Below are positions 1-11,763 of a stretch of DNA of 64,000 nt, in pieces (positions within the stretch are counted from its first letter, which is position 1; each line of letters begins with the position of its first letter). The DNA is from Octopus sinensis (taxonomy: Eukaryota), in NCBI RefSeq assembly GCF_006345805.1, contig NC_043005.1, forward strand, positions 99,448,001 through 99,512,000, written 5' to 3'. Both the position numbers and the translations under genes were made by a program. A model generated the notes under the pieces. That model was not told where the DNA came from, made no database searches, and worked only from the letters and a program-made list of their open reading frames with translations.

Positions 1-298
1 AGGAATGATAATAATAATAATGATAGTAACAGAGTAGTAAAGAAAGATCGTTTCTATGGATAATTAGAAGAAAAATAACAGATAAACTGATTCGTCGATC
101 TGCTGTCTGTATCTGTGTCAGGACTTGCACATATTTACGCAGGATTGTATGTGTACAAATAATATGTATGTATATATTAATAAGTATGTTGTGTATATGA
201 ATATTTGTATATGCACACGCACACACACACATATATAAATATAAATATATATATATAATATATATATATATACACACACACACACATATATATATATA
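1..298. repeat. Copy 1 of a direct duplication (partner 1741-~2035); probably extends left of the window
   Basis: 1-257 is identical to 1741-1997, then the two diverge inside a (TA)n(CA)n tract. Confidence 0.95.
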
Positions 299-479
299 AT
301 ATATATATTTGTATATATATATATATATGTGTATATATAAATGTGTGTATGTAGGTATGACTGTATGAATACATATGTGTGTGTATATATATAAATATAT
401 ATACATGTATACACCCACACACACACACACATATGTATTCATTTCATCATGTCGAACCGCTAATCCCTACACACTTTGT

Positions 480-645
480 TTCATTCTCTCTCCATCCATT
501 TTATCCTCTCAGTTCTTTCTGTCAAAGACCATAGGTTCGAAGCATCAAAGACTTTTCCATTTTCCATGAGTGCCAAACTCACACACCTGCTTGTTGCTCC
601 CTCACCTGTCTTCATTTTTTGGTTTCTGCAAATTTGAACTATATA
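480..645 (+). mobile_element. PLE pLTR-like fragment with decayed hammerhead skeleton (family H1)
   Basis: CTTT-CTGTCAA-A-GACC-ATAG-GTTC-GAA-GCAT-C-AAAG at 515-550; homologous to 5275-5445; ends in (TA)n. Confidence 0.6.
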
Positions 646-649
646 TATA

Positions 650-962
650 TGGCTCAGTGGTTAGCGCATCGAGCTTACAATCATGAGGTTGTAAGGTCAA
701 TTCCTGGACTGGGCTGTGTGTTGTGTCCTTGAGCAAGACACTTTATTTCACATTGCTCCAGTTCACTCAGCTGTAGGAATGAGTTGTGATGTCACTGGTG
801 CCAAGTTGTGTCAACCTTTGCATTTCCCTTGGATAACATCTGCGGCATGGAGAGGGGGTGTGCATGGGCAACTGCTGGTCTTCCATAGAAATAACCCTAG
901 GCTGTGCATTCCCCAGTGAGGCAACTTTCCGCCTAGGCTTGTACCCTGGAGGGGAACCTTTT
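650..962 (+). mobile_element. tRNA-headed CORE-like SINE, family C
   Basis: A-box GGCTCAGTGG, degenerate B-box, CORE-like GTCCTTGAGCAAGACAC; homologous to 37368-37700. Confidence 0.85.
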
Positions 963-1740
963 AGGTGCATACATAGCCATTTTTGACTGACAGAGTCAAG
1001 TTTGAGTTATATCATATATATATATATGTATGTATGTATTTAAATTTAAATAAGAAGGGTAGAAAATTGAATATTAATTTGATTAATATCAATTTAAACC
1101 AGTGGCCAAGCATACTGAAAAAATCTGAAGATTCAGAAAAAATATATGACATATATATAAGAGGGATGACCACTAAGATGTCCATTTAGTGGTCATCCCT
1201 CTTATATGTATATATGCATGTATGTATGTATATTGTGTGTGTTTGTGTACAGCATGCACATGTATATTCTGTTAGGTATATATACATTATATGTTTATGT
1301 AACAAATTCAAACACCCACAGTATGAAGTTATCATATTTATATAATTATTCTATATTTTGCCAAAATCCGTTCTGCCTGCAATAAGTTTGGAGGAAATTT
1401 ATCAGTTATACAATAAGCACTGTTATAAAATAGCTACAAGTATAGAGGAACAACTGTTACAGAAGAGCATTGGATATAGAACGGCATCTGCTGCCAGTAG
1501 TTATCTGATTTAGTGTAACATATGGTATATTTGATTTAGTGTAGCATCTGTATTTTGTAACAAACATTATGGAGTAACTTCCATGGCACCCACAACTTTT
1601 AATTGGGGTAAATGTTTGTTGAAATGACTTAGTGGTGGAGTGTGAGTTATAGAGTAGTTGCATTTATAGAGCAGCGGCAGGTGTAGTGTAGGTTCTTTTA
1701 ATGAATAGCAGTGCCAGTTATATAAGTGATGTGGTTACAG

Positions 1741-1970
1741 AGGAATGATAATAATAATAATGATAGTAACAGAGTAGTAAAGAAAGATCGTTTCTATGGA
1801 TAATTAGAAGAAAAATAACAGATAAACTGATTCGTCGATCTGCTGTCTGTATCTGTGTCAGGACTTGCACATATTTACGCAGGATTGTATGTGTACAAAT
1901 AATATGTATGTATATATTAATAAGTATGTTGTGTATATGAATATTTGTATATGCACACGCACACACACAC

Positions 1971-2035
<65 letters not shown>
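1741..2035. repeat. Copy 2 of the direct duplication of 1-298
   Basis: Base-for-base match starting AGGAATGATAATAATAATAATGATAGTAAC. Confidence 0.95.
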
Positions 2036-2055
<20 letters not shown>

Positions 2056-2180
2056 TATATTCATGTGTGTGTATGTGTGTGCATGTGTAAATAAATATAT
2101 ATATACATGAATGTATATATACACACACACATGCACAAACACTCATATATAGCAAAGTTAGAGACAGTAGAAAAAAAGAA

Positions 2181-2206
2181 AAAGGGAGAGATACAGATAA
2201 GTAAAC

Positions 2207-2256
<50 letters not shown>

Positions 2257-2275
2257 GTAGAGAGAGAGAGGGGGG
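2181..2275. repeat. (AGAT)n / (AG)n microsatellite
   Basis: Direct inspection. Confidence 0.95.
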
Positions 2276-2819
2276 GAAACAGAAAGAGAGAGTTGAAATA
2301 ATTCTGTAATAATAATATAGTTTCATAGCAAATATAATTCTAAACAAGATGATGAGAGAGAAATTGAGTCTTTTATACAAAGGTCGTAATTAAAGATCTT
2401 TGTTTGAATATCTCGCTAAGTCAGACCAACTCTGAGGAATCTGGCAAAGGAAGTAATTTTTGAATGGCAACAAATATTATGGCATTATTAATAGAGGAAC
2501 CTAAAGTGAAGAGAAGTCGTTAGAAAAACATCTTCTCATACAACCATAATAGAATGAATCAGGGAGTAGAGGGATATTAGAAGTGAAAATGTATGTGTGT
2601 GTTTGTGTGAGTGTGTTTGTGAGTTTGTGTGTTTGTGAGTTTGTGTGTGTGTGTATTTACACACATGTATTTTTATATGTGTATATAAATATATAATAAA
2701 ATTTTGTGTGTATATTTGTGTACAATACAGGCGATATATCTTGGTCATCATGTTGCTCTCAGATAAGTGTATATTTGCTAACATATAAACACACATGAAT
2801 CTCTCATTCTCTGCCATTC

Positions 2820-2952
2820 CGTCTATGTATGTATATATGTATATATGTATGTACATATGTATGTATGTACATATGTATGTATGTATGTATGTGTACATGC
2901 ATGTACAGAAAATACTGCAGACCACCATCAGCCTCCTTTGATTCAGTTATAC

Positions 2953-3016
<64 letters not shown>

Positions 3017-3103
3017 TTTATATATACATACACATGTACACATGCATACACATATACAAATATATAAATATATGTGTGTGTATCTATCTATCTATCTATC
3101 TAT

Positions 3104-3162
<59 letters not shown>

Positions 3163-3165
3163 TGT
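2820..3165. repeat. Compound (TATG)n/(TA)n/(CA)n/(GA)n microsatellite cluster
   Basis: Direct inspection; explains the overlapping Y/I/H/T-rich ORFs. Confidence 0.9.
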
Positions 3166-3483
3166 ACATATGTATGTGTATACACATGTACAGACAAACA
3201 TGAAAATACATGGCATGTCATGCATATGATTATTCCGTCTGTCCACAGATACAAACACATATCAGTGTGTGTTTGCATGCGTGTGTTAACCCATACATAT
3301 TGACCTTTGATACAACTTATTTTTCCTTTAATTATCTATTCAATGTCTGTCCTTTCTTTTCCTCTAAATTCCTATTTCACACATACATATCCAACATTCA
3401 TTCATTTTGTTACAAGCAAACATACCCAGCAAGAGTATATACATACATACATACATATATATATATTTATACATACATACTTG

Positions 3484-3521
<38 letters not shown>

Positions 3522-3764
3522 CTATAAAACAGTGGTACAGAAATGAAAGTGTGTATACACACATACACATACATACATGCAGTATCAGGCACAATATATG
3601 CAATTGAGTTCACCTATTTGTTTGAAAATGGTAATTCAATTTTTGTGTTAATCTGAGTTTCATATTTGTGTATATTTGCTCTTTGTTGCTTGAACATACC
3701 AGCACACAGCCAAGAAACTCTGAGTACCATATTTTCCAGCATACAAGTTAATGTAATGCATAAT

Positions 3765-4232
3765 CTACTCTAGGCACAAGGCCTGAAATTTGTGGGGAGT
3801 AGGCCAGTCAATTAGATTGACTCCTGTACACAACTTGTACTTAATTTATCGACCCTGAAAGGATGAAAGGCAAAGTCGACCTTGGCGGAATTTGAACTCA
3901 GACCACAAAGACAGATAAAATACTTATTTCTTTATTGCCCACAAGGGGCTAAACATAGAGGGGACAAACAAGGACAGACAAAGGGATTAAGTCGATTACA
4001 TCGACCCCAGTGTGTAACTGGTGCTTAATTTATCAACCCCAAAAGGACGAAAGGCAAAGTCGACTTTGGCGGAATTTGAACTCAGAATGTAAAGACGGAT
4101 GAAAAACCGATAAGCATTTTGTCCGGTGTGCTAACATTTCTGCCAGCTCACTGCCCTCAACCTTCCAAGACAGACAAAATACTGCTAAGCATTTCGCCCA
4201 GCATGCTGACGTTTCTTCCAGCTTACCACCTT
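3765..4232 (-). mobile_element. tRNA-headed SINE family B, dimeric form
   Basis: Two internal copies of AAAGGCAAAGTCGAC..GGCGGAATTTGAACTCAGA; head TTCTGCCAGCTC. Confidence 0.85.
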
Positions 4233-4354
4233 TAATGTAGTATATAATATAAACACTCAGACATAGTCATTATCTTTCCCAAATCTTCTGCCTTTCACAT
4301 GGAATTTTTGGCTATCTAAAGTTGTCTTGGTGCATAAGGTGACCTACCTCTTTT

Positions 4355-4575
4355 GGCTGAGGTGGTAGAATCTTCAGCACACCCAGCAAAGTATATGATA
4401 GCATTTTGTCCATCTTTAGGTTCTGAGTTCAAATTCCACACTGGTTGATTTTGCCTTCTATCCTTTCAGAGTCGATAAAGCAAGTACCAGCTGAGTACTG
4501 GGGTTGATGTAATTGACTTAACTCCCCTCCACCAGCCCTTGAACTTGCTGGCCTTGTGCCAAAATTTGAAACCTA
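4355..4575 (+). mobile_element. SINE family B
   Basis: TTCTGAGTTCAAATTCC..TTTGCCTTCTATCCTTTC..AAGTACCAG. Confidence 0.75.
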
Positions 4576-5274
4576 TGTTAGTCTGAAAAATTCAACCTGT
4601 ATGGTAGCTACACAGTTAATCATCAACTTCAAACTAATGGCTAAACACTACGGCAAGAACTCGTCTTTTTTCTTCCTTTTTATCACCTGACTGTATAAGC
4701 AAACCCTTGTGCACACACACTTTTGTACTATAGTGTATTACTTTCCAGTAATCTCTGTGCATAGTTTTAGCCGTAATTTAGTAGAACAAGGACTGACATA
4801 GGTGGAACTCTTGTCTTCCATGGTTACAACCATAACAACATACTTGTAATGAGAGTCCAAGTACTAAATTTACTCAGGAAGCTGCATGAGTTAATTCCAT
4901 TTATATAGACACATGTCTCCAACCTATGTAAATCTAATTCTCATTAGCAGACTGGAGTATGTTTGCCTTAATCTCCATGGTTCTAGTGAAACTCAAGCAC
5001 CTAAAAGGAGCACCAGTGTGTTAGTGTGTTGGTTTTGGCATCAGATGAAGAAAAAAGACTGAACAGATGTGAAGAGGTGTTTTATACTGTAGTTGGAGCT
5101 GGTATCTATGGTGCCTGTTGTGTAATTGTGGGCACATACATACATACACATATACATACATATATACATACATACATACATATATACATACATACACATA
5201 TACATATATACATACATACATATATACATACATACATACATACATACATACATTAGCCACGGTAGATCGGTAGC

Positions 5275-5445
5275 CACTACAACACATTTTTTCTCTCCTT
5301 GTTTCTTTCTGTGTTCCTTTCTGTGAAAGAGCGTAGGCTCGAAACGTTAAAGACTTTTTCAATTCCTGAGTGTTAAACTAAAACATCTGTTTGTTTTCTA
5401 CACCACCTGTCTTTGTCTTTTGTTTTTTCGTGAATACTCCCCATA
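5275..5445 (+). mobile_element. PLE pLTR-like fragment with hammerhead skeleton (family H1)
   Basis: CTTT-CTGTGAA-A-GAGC-GTAG-GCTC-GAA-ACGT-T-AAAG at 5317-5352: stems I and II pair, palindromic stem III; flanked by (TACA)n. Confidence 0.7.
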
Positions 5446-5769
5446 CATACATATATATACACACACACACACACACACATACATACATATATTTAGTCAT
5501 ATTATATGGATTCAAGTAATCTGGTAGTGCTTATAAAAAAAGCTCCTAAATGCATCATTCTACAAAACAGAGAACATATGCTACAAGAGAAGACAAAGAC
5601 TTTCTTTCACCTGAGGATGTAGCTTAAATTCTACATTATTTTGAAAGATTTTTTTGCATTTTGTAATAATACAGATATGTAAGTAATTTATTTATTATTA
5701 AATATAATAATATAAATTACATACATGTTTTAAGTTATGAAACAATTTGTTATGATATTTGAATATTCT

Positions 5770-5995
5770 TGTTACTCTTTTACTTGTTTTAGTCATCTGA
5801 CTGCGGCCCTGCTGGAGCACTGCTTTTAGATGAGCAAATCGAGCCCAGAGGGTATTCTTTGTAAGCCTAGTACTTATTCTATCAGTCTCTATTGCCGAAC
5901 TGCTAAGTTACTGGGACGTAAACACACCAGCATCGGTTGTCAAGCAATGTTGTAGGGGCAAACACAGACACACAAACATATACACACACATACAT
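5770..5995 (-). mobile_element. SINE family A, 3' half
   Basis: CTTGTTTTAGTCATCTGACTGCGGCC..GTAAGCCTAGTACTTATTCTATC. Confidence 0.85.
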
Positions 5996-6108
5996 ACACT
6001 GTTAAATAAATTTTCATCAAACTATTTCTCTGTCATTTATGTCTTTATATATATATATATATATAGCAATAATAATTCTCTAAAAGAGATATAGACAGTA
6101 ACTGCTCG

Positions 6109-6365
6109 ATAACATAAGGGACTAAAGCCATCTGAATATGGCTAGGGACAGGGCAGGGTGGTGGGGGTGTTACTGTTGCATTTAGCCCCAGGCGAACATT
6201 GACGTCGCCAGATAGGCTTGACACCATCACGGTGTCCTTTAACCTGCAAAGGGAGATAATTCCCCAATGAAGCGGAAACCACACACGGACCATGGTTTCA
6301 AGGTGTATTGCCTATCGTCAACGTGTGGTAGGCCTCCGCTTCCTCGACACGATAGACAATACACC
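6109..6365 (-). mobile_element. Structured repeat X, third copy, ending in an 18-bp hairpin
   Basis: Reverse complement of ~6982-7240 including the 30-nt spacer; two CpG-type differences. Confidence 0.85.
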
Positions 6366-6529
6366 TTTCAGTTTCCGTCTACCAAATCCACTCACAAGGC
6401 TATGGTCGGCCCGAGGCTAGAGTAGAAAGCACTTGCCCAAGGTGCCATACAGTGGGACTGAACCCGGAACCATGTGGTAAATAAGCAAGTTACTTACCAC
6501 ACAAACACACACACACACACATATATATA

Positions 6530-6750
6530 TTCCTTCCAGTCTTTCAAAATGTGACCTCGTGTGTACGGTTGGCGATTTTTTTTTCCTCTGTCTTCCCTTC
6601 TCTGGATCTTTCCTTCTCCTATGTTTCCAACGAAGAGCTCCGCTCGAAACATTAAACCCTCCTTCTTTCCTTCTTTCCTGAGCGTTCAATAATACTATAT
6701 TTGTTCCACGTCCTCGCGTTGTGTTTTTTTGTGCTTTCTTGTTTGGATTA

Positions 6751-6755
<5 letters not shown>
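6530..6755 (+). mobile_element. PLE pLTR-like fragment with decayed hammerhead (family H2)
   Basis: GTTT-CCAACGA-A-GAGC-TCC-GCTC-GAA-ACAT-T-AAAC at 6623-6657. Confidence 0.7.
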
Positions 6756-6793
<38 letters not shown>

Positions 6794-7235
6794 CATAAGG
6801 GACTAAAGCCATCTGAATATGGCTAGGGACAGGGCAGGGTGGTGGGGGTGTTACTGTTGCATTTAGCCCCAGGCGAACATCGACGTCGCCAGATAGGCTT
6901 GACACCATCACGGTGTCCTTTAACCTGCAAAGGGAGATAATTCCCCGATGAAGCGGAAACCACACACGGACCATGGTTTCAAGGTGTATTGTCTATCGTG
7001 TCGAGGAAGCGGAGGCCTACCACACGTTGACGATAGGCAATACACCTTGAAACCATGGTCCGTGTGTGGTTTCCGCTTCATCGGGGAATTATCTCCCTTT
7101 GCAGGTTAAAGGACACCGTGATGGTGTCAAGCCTATCTGGCGACGTCGATGTTCGCCTGGGGCTAAATGCAACAGTAACACCCCCACCACCCTGCCCTGT
7201 CCCTAGCCATATTCAGATGGCTTTAGTCCCTTATG

Positions 7236-7267
<32 letters not shown>

Positions 7268-7272
<5 letters not shown>

Positions 7273-7495
7273 TAATCCAAACAAGAAAGCACAAAAAAAC
7301 ACAACAACGCGAGGACGTGGAACAAATATAGTATTATTGAACGCTCAGGAAAGAAGGAAAGAAGGAGGGTTTAATGTTTCGAGCGGAGCTCTTCGTTGGA
7401 AACATAGGAGAAGGAAAGATCCAGAGAAGGGAAGACAGAGGAAAAAAAAATCGCCAACCGTACACACGAGGTCACATTTTGAAAGACTGGAAGGA
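7268..7495 (-). mobile_element. PLE pLTR-like fragment, family H2 (mirror copy)
   Basis: Reverse complement of 6530-6755; motif at 7369-7403. Confidence 0.7.
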
Positions 7496-7524
7496 ATATA
7501 TATATGTGTGTGTGTGTGTGTTTG

Positions 7525-7880
7525 TGTGGTAAGTAACTTGCTTATTTACCACATGGTTCCGGGTTCAGTCCCACTGTGTGGCACCTTGGGCAAGTGCTTT
7601 CTACTCTAGCCTCGGGCCGACCATAGCCTTGTGAGTGGATTTGGTAGACGGAAACTGAAAGAAGCCCGTCATATATATATGTGTGTTTGTCCCCCAACAT
7701 TGCTTGACAACCAATGTCGATGTGTTTGCATCCCTGCAACTTAGCGGTTTGGCTAAAAAGACCGATAGAGTAAGTACTAGGCTTACAAAGAATAAGTCCT
7801 GGGGTTGCGTTGTTCAACTAAAGGCAGTGCTCCAGCATGGCCGCAGTCAAATGACTGAAACAAATAAAAGAAAACAAAAA
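7525..7880 (+). mobile_element. SINE family A (tRNA-like head, CORE-like GGCACCTTGGGCAAGTG, internal microsatellite)
   Basis: GTGTGGTAAGT..GGTTCAGTCCC head; tail CAAATGACTGAAAC. Confidence 0.9.
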
Positions 7881-8088
7881 GTAAAAGAAACACACACACA
7901 TGCAAATGGTTTACATTAAAAAATATATCATAATATTAGAAATTCATTTATATTCATGAAATGTAGTTTCCATGTTGTGAGGAAAAACCATGATAGAAGA
8001 ATTAAAGGTAAAACCACAAATTTCACTCCTTGATTTAATGAGTACACAGGTAAATCATAGGTAAATCATAGACACTAGCTCTACTCAC

Positions 8089-8206
8089 AGTGTGAAAGAC
8101 ATCTCTTTTCCTTCTATCTAAAGCCAAAAGTAACACAATGGTGCTTTTATCGGTTAGGTGTCCTGAAGTAGAAGCTTCAAGAGAATTCCACAAACACAAC
8201 ACAATC
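8089..8206 (-). other. Candidate 118-nt exon (IVLCLWNSLEASTSGHLTDKSTIVLLLALDRRKRDVFHT)
   Basis: Acceptor TATTTGTCTTTTAAAG, open frame, donor ACT/GTGAGT; non-repetitive sequence; no homolog recognised. Confidence 0.25.
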
Positions 8207-8387
8207 CTTTAAAAGACAAATAGTAAAACACCTGCTGCCATTGGTTCCTTGCAAAATCCATTCATCTTTCGAAGGATCTGTTGAATGTTTAGTAAGGGTT
8301 AAATCTCAAAGTGATTGTTTGTGAATGTTCATGAATGGAAGTTTGTCCTGGAAAACTTAAATGTTTTCCATGTTTTATAACGTAGTA

Positions 8388-8590
8388 ACTTTGCCATAGG
8401 CACCAGGTCTGAAATTTTGTGAGATGGGGCAAGTGAATTACATTGGCCCATTGGTCGACTAGTATTTACTTTATTGCCCCTGAAAGGATGAAAGGCAAAG
8501 GTGACCTTGGGGGAATTTGAACTCAGAATGTAAAGATGGATAACATTCAACCGAGCATTGTGCGCAATGTGCCAGTGACCGCCAGTTCAT
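8388..8590 (-). mobile_element. SINE family B
   Basis: GAAAGGATGAAAGGCAAAGGTGACC..GAATTTGAACTCAGAATG. Confidence 0.8.
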
Positions 8591-9109
8591 TGTATAACAT
8601 GTGATAATAGTTAGTAATACAATCCTTTCATACATGTAAATGCTCAATCATAAAGAAAATGTTGCAATGCCTAAAATTTGGTGTTTCTCTTCAGGCTTTT
8701 TAGTTTTGAGGAGTTAGCAGAAATGGAGAGGCTCAGCATCAAGTTAGTTACTTTGCTATTTTGCACTTCTAAGCTCTGAGAGCAAAATTTTGTCAGAGAT
8801 CTCTTTTACTGTCATTAACAATGAGTCAATGAATTATGTGGCCATAAAATGCTAGTCTTAATTCAGTCAACTCCATATCTTCCTTACAGAAATTGATCAT
8901 GTGAAAAGAAAGCAATGCTTTGCATATTTATAAAATATTGAATGTTTCCAGAATGAAAAGTCTAAGTGGATTTGAAGCATTTAAAGCATGTGAGAAGCTA
9001 TTCATAACCTTAAAAACCTGTTTTTTTATTTCTAACAAACACTTAGAAATGAGTAGAGATATTTACCATCATAACATTTATCCTGGTTAGCATTGGTTAG
9101 AAAGAAACA

Positions 9110-9148
<39 letters not shown>

Positions 9149-10034
9149 CACTCATATATCTATAATGGTAAATACATTTATGTAGATAGATATATATTTA
9201 TGTTTGTATCTACATACATACATGCTCCTATATGTGTAGCTGTATCTATATCTCACATACACACAGTCACATGAGCACATGTGCATACATAAAAGGCAAA
9301 TGCATACACAGATATAAAAATAGACAAACACATACACTCATGTGTGCACAGACAGCTTGTGTTGGTTCTGAGGTGCAGTTGCACATATGTATACATACAT
9401 ATCTCTGAAGAGATAAAAGGTTTCTGTTTGAAATGAGAATTCCCAGGATGCTAACGGAACTGGCACTGTAATAAAGTTCACATTGATCCATTATACAGCA
9501 GATTTATGAAGATATTCGATGGATTTTTCACCACTGAATATTTCTTTAGTGGTTGCTACTGCTATAATAAAACTCTCTGTTGTTACAAACCATTGAATCA
9601 GTAGTGCGTTGATCTGCACACACGTATACATGTATGTATGTATGTATACATATACGATTGTAGGTATATAATATACATATATGCGTGCATGTATATAAAT
9701 ATGTGTACTTGTATATATATATATATATATATATGCACATGCATATAAATATACATGTATATGGGTATGAGTATGTGTATATAGATATGTGTGTCTATGT
9801 ATAGAAATGTATATTTGTAGTGCATATATATATATATATATTTGTGCATGTATATATATGCATGTTTGTGCATGTATGAGTATATGTGTGTGAGTGTGTG
9901 TGTGTACATGTATAAATATTATTGAGCACATGTATATAGATACATGTATGCATGTCTATAGACATGTGTATGTTTATGTTCATAGATATATGTGTGTGTA
10001 TATGTTAACAGATATATATGAGCTTGTGTAATGC

Positions 10035-10068
<34 letters not shown>

Positions 10069-10496
10069 CTATATACACTACTTTTATAACGAAATAATCG
10101 TTTCTTCTTGTATGTATATTCAAACTTATGCTAAGTACTTTTTCAGGTGATGAGATGATTATCATTAGAGCGCCAGATAGAATCTTCTCTAGTATTTGTT
10201 TCTGGGTTCAAATCCTGCCAAGGTCAACTTTGACTTTCATCTTTTCAGGTTCATTAAATAAAATACCAAATCAAGATTGATGGAACTGTCAGAGAATTGG
10301 ATATGATGCTCTGGCATTTTGTGTTCTGAGTTCAGATTCTGCCTGGAGATTCCTGTCCCACCAGTAGTCGGTGCTAATCTCCCAAATATATGACCACAAC
10401 TGATTATGGAAATGGCTGGATGGAGGAAGAGGAGGATTGTGATATCTGCTTCTGTAGATGAATGGTAATGACAATAATGACAGATGATGATGATGA

Positions 10497-10830
10497 TCAT
10501 CATCATCATCATTATTATTATTATTCCAATGTCTGTTGTCCATGCTGGCATGGGCTGGACAGCTTGACCAGAACTAGCAGGCTGGAGAGCTGCACCAGGC
10601 TCCTGTCTGATCTGGCATGGTTTCTACAGCTGGATGTCCTTCCTAACACCAACCACTTTACAGTGTGTGTTGAGTGCTTTTTACATAGCATCACACAAGC
10701 ATTATTACGTGGCACCAGCTTGAGTGCTTTTTATGTGGCGCCAGCACAAGACTCTTGCAAGCCAATCTTCTTTACCGGAGGAGTAGCCTTAACACTTCTT
10801 CTGTGTAGTACAGCTTTCCTTGGGTACAGG
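10497..10830 (-). mobile_element. RTE-clade LINE 3' end (3'UTR + (TGA)n tail)
   Basis: CATCATCAT..TTTCTACAGCTGGATGTCCTTCCTAACACCAACCAC. Confidence 0.8.
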
Positions 10831-10900
10831 TAGCTCTAATTGCAATTTTTTCACTACTCATTATAAAAGGTGTAAAATAAAGAATAAGCAATTAATGTTT

Positions 10901-11212
10901 AGCTTGCTTATGAACTACATGGTTTTGGGTTCAGTCCCACTGTGTTGCACCTTGGGCAAGTGTCTTCTACTATAGCCTCAGGTCGACCATAGCTTTGTAA
11001 GTGGATTTGGTAGACAGAAACTGAAAGAAGCCCGTCATATATATGTATATATATATGTGTGTGTGTGTGTGTATGTTTGTGTGTCTGTGTTTGTCCCTCC
11101 AACTTTGCTTGACAACCAATGCTGGAGTGTTTACGTCCCCATAACTTAGTGGTTTGGCAAAAGAGAGCAGTGCTCCAGCATGGCCACAGTCAAATGACTG
11201 AAACAAGTGAAA
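10901..11212 (+). mobile_element. SINE family A, internally deleted
   Basis: Head and tail motifs as in 7525-7880. Confidence 0.85.
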
Positions 11213-11459
11213 GAGGTGGCCCAAAAGTAGGTTTACAGTAATTCAATTATCCTCTTTCGCATTCCTATATTAACAGTTTAAATCTTAATTATAAAAAAAA
11301 AGAAATATGAAACCATTATTCTATGTTAATTAATTTAGTTAATTTTGTTAAGCTCCTTTTTCAGTTTGTAAAATAGAAATTTAAATGTAATAAGATGTTT
11401 TAAAAGAAATTTCAAGTGCGTATGGGATAACTGTTAACCTAATTTTAGGCCACCCTGTA
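11213..11459. mobile_element. Tc1/mariner-type MITE
   Basis: Left GGTGGCCCAAAAGTAGGTTTACAGT matches reverse complement of right end ACAGGGTGGCCTAAAATTAGGTTAACAGT; TA at right end. Confidence 0.75.
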
Positions 11460-11763
11460 CATGAACATAAAGAAGAAACAGTTCTGCAAACTACTGGAAA
11501 ATAAGTTGCATCAAATTGTTGATATTACATGGAGGTGATATATTTTGCCTAAAGTCATCAGTGAAAATCCCCAAAACTTTTGGCTCAGCCTGGTATTTAC
11601 CAGTGTGTGTGTGTGTGTGTGTGTCTATGTGTGTATGTGTGTGTGTTCGTGCATGTGTGTGCCACTATGAGAGGTTGTTGATTGAGAAGAATTCTTAGTG
11701 GGTGGGTGGGTGGGGAGGAAGAGAGAGAGAGGCTACATCAAGTAGACTTGATACAGGGATCAA

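Larger units (their letters stand above)
6366..7660. repeat. ~1.3-kb palindrome: arms 6366-6999 and 7030-7660, 30-nt spacer
   Basis: Arms are reverse complements (SINE A 5' half, pLTR fragment, (TA)n, repeat X); differences seen are 2 substitutions, a 3-nt indel and a TA-length change; mirrored ORFs 6417..6974(-) and 7055..7609(+). Confidence 0.95.

Noticed and set aside
650-720. tRNA genes at SINE heads (also 31305, 36975, 37368, 40045, 47058)
   Set aside because: A/B boxes present but no complete cloverleaf; each continues into SINE body
6335-6352. TTCCTCG word suggesting an HDV-like ribozyme
   Set aside because: Flanking bases do not form P3 and no P1/P2 could be built
6417-7609. Mirror 185-aa and 184-aa ORFs
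   Set aside because: They cross four unrelated repeat modules and a TA tract; by-product of the palindrome
9491-9615. Frame INALLIQWF..EKSIEY faintly like a pogo HTH
   Set aside because: Too few conserved positions and no TIR or downstream DDE region
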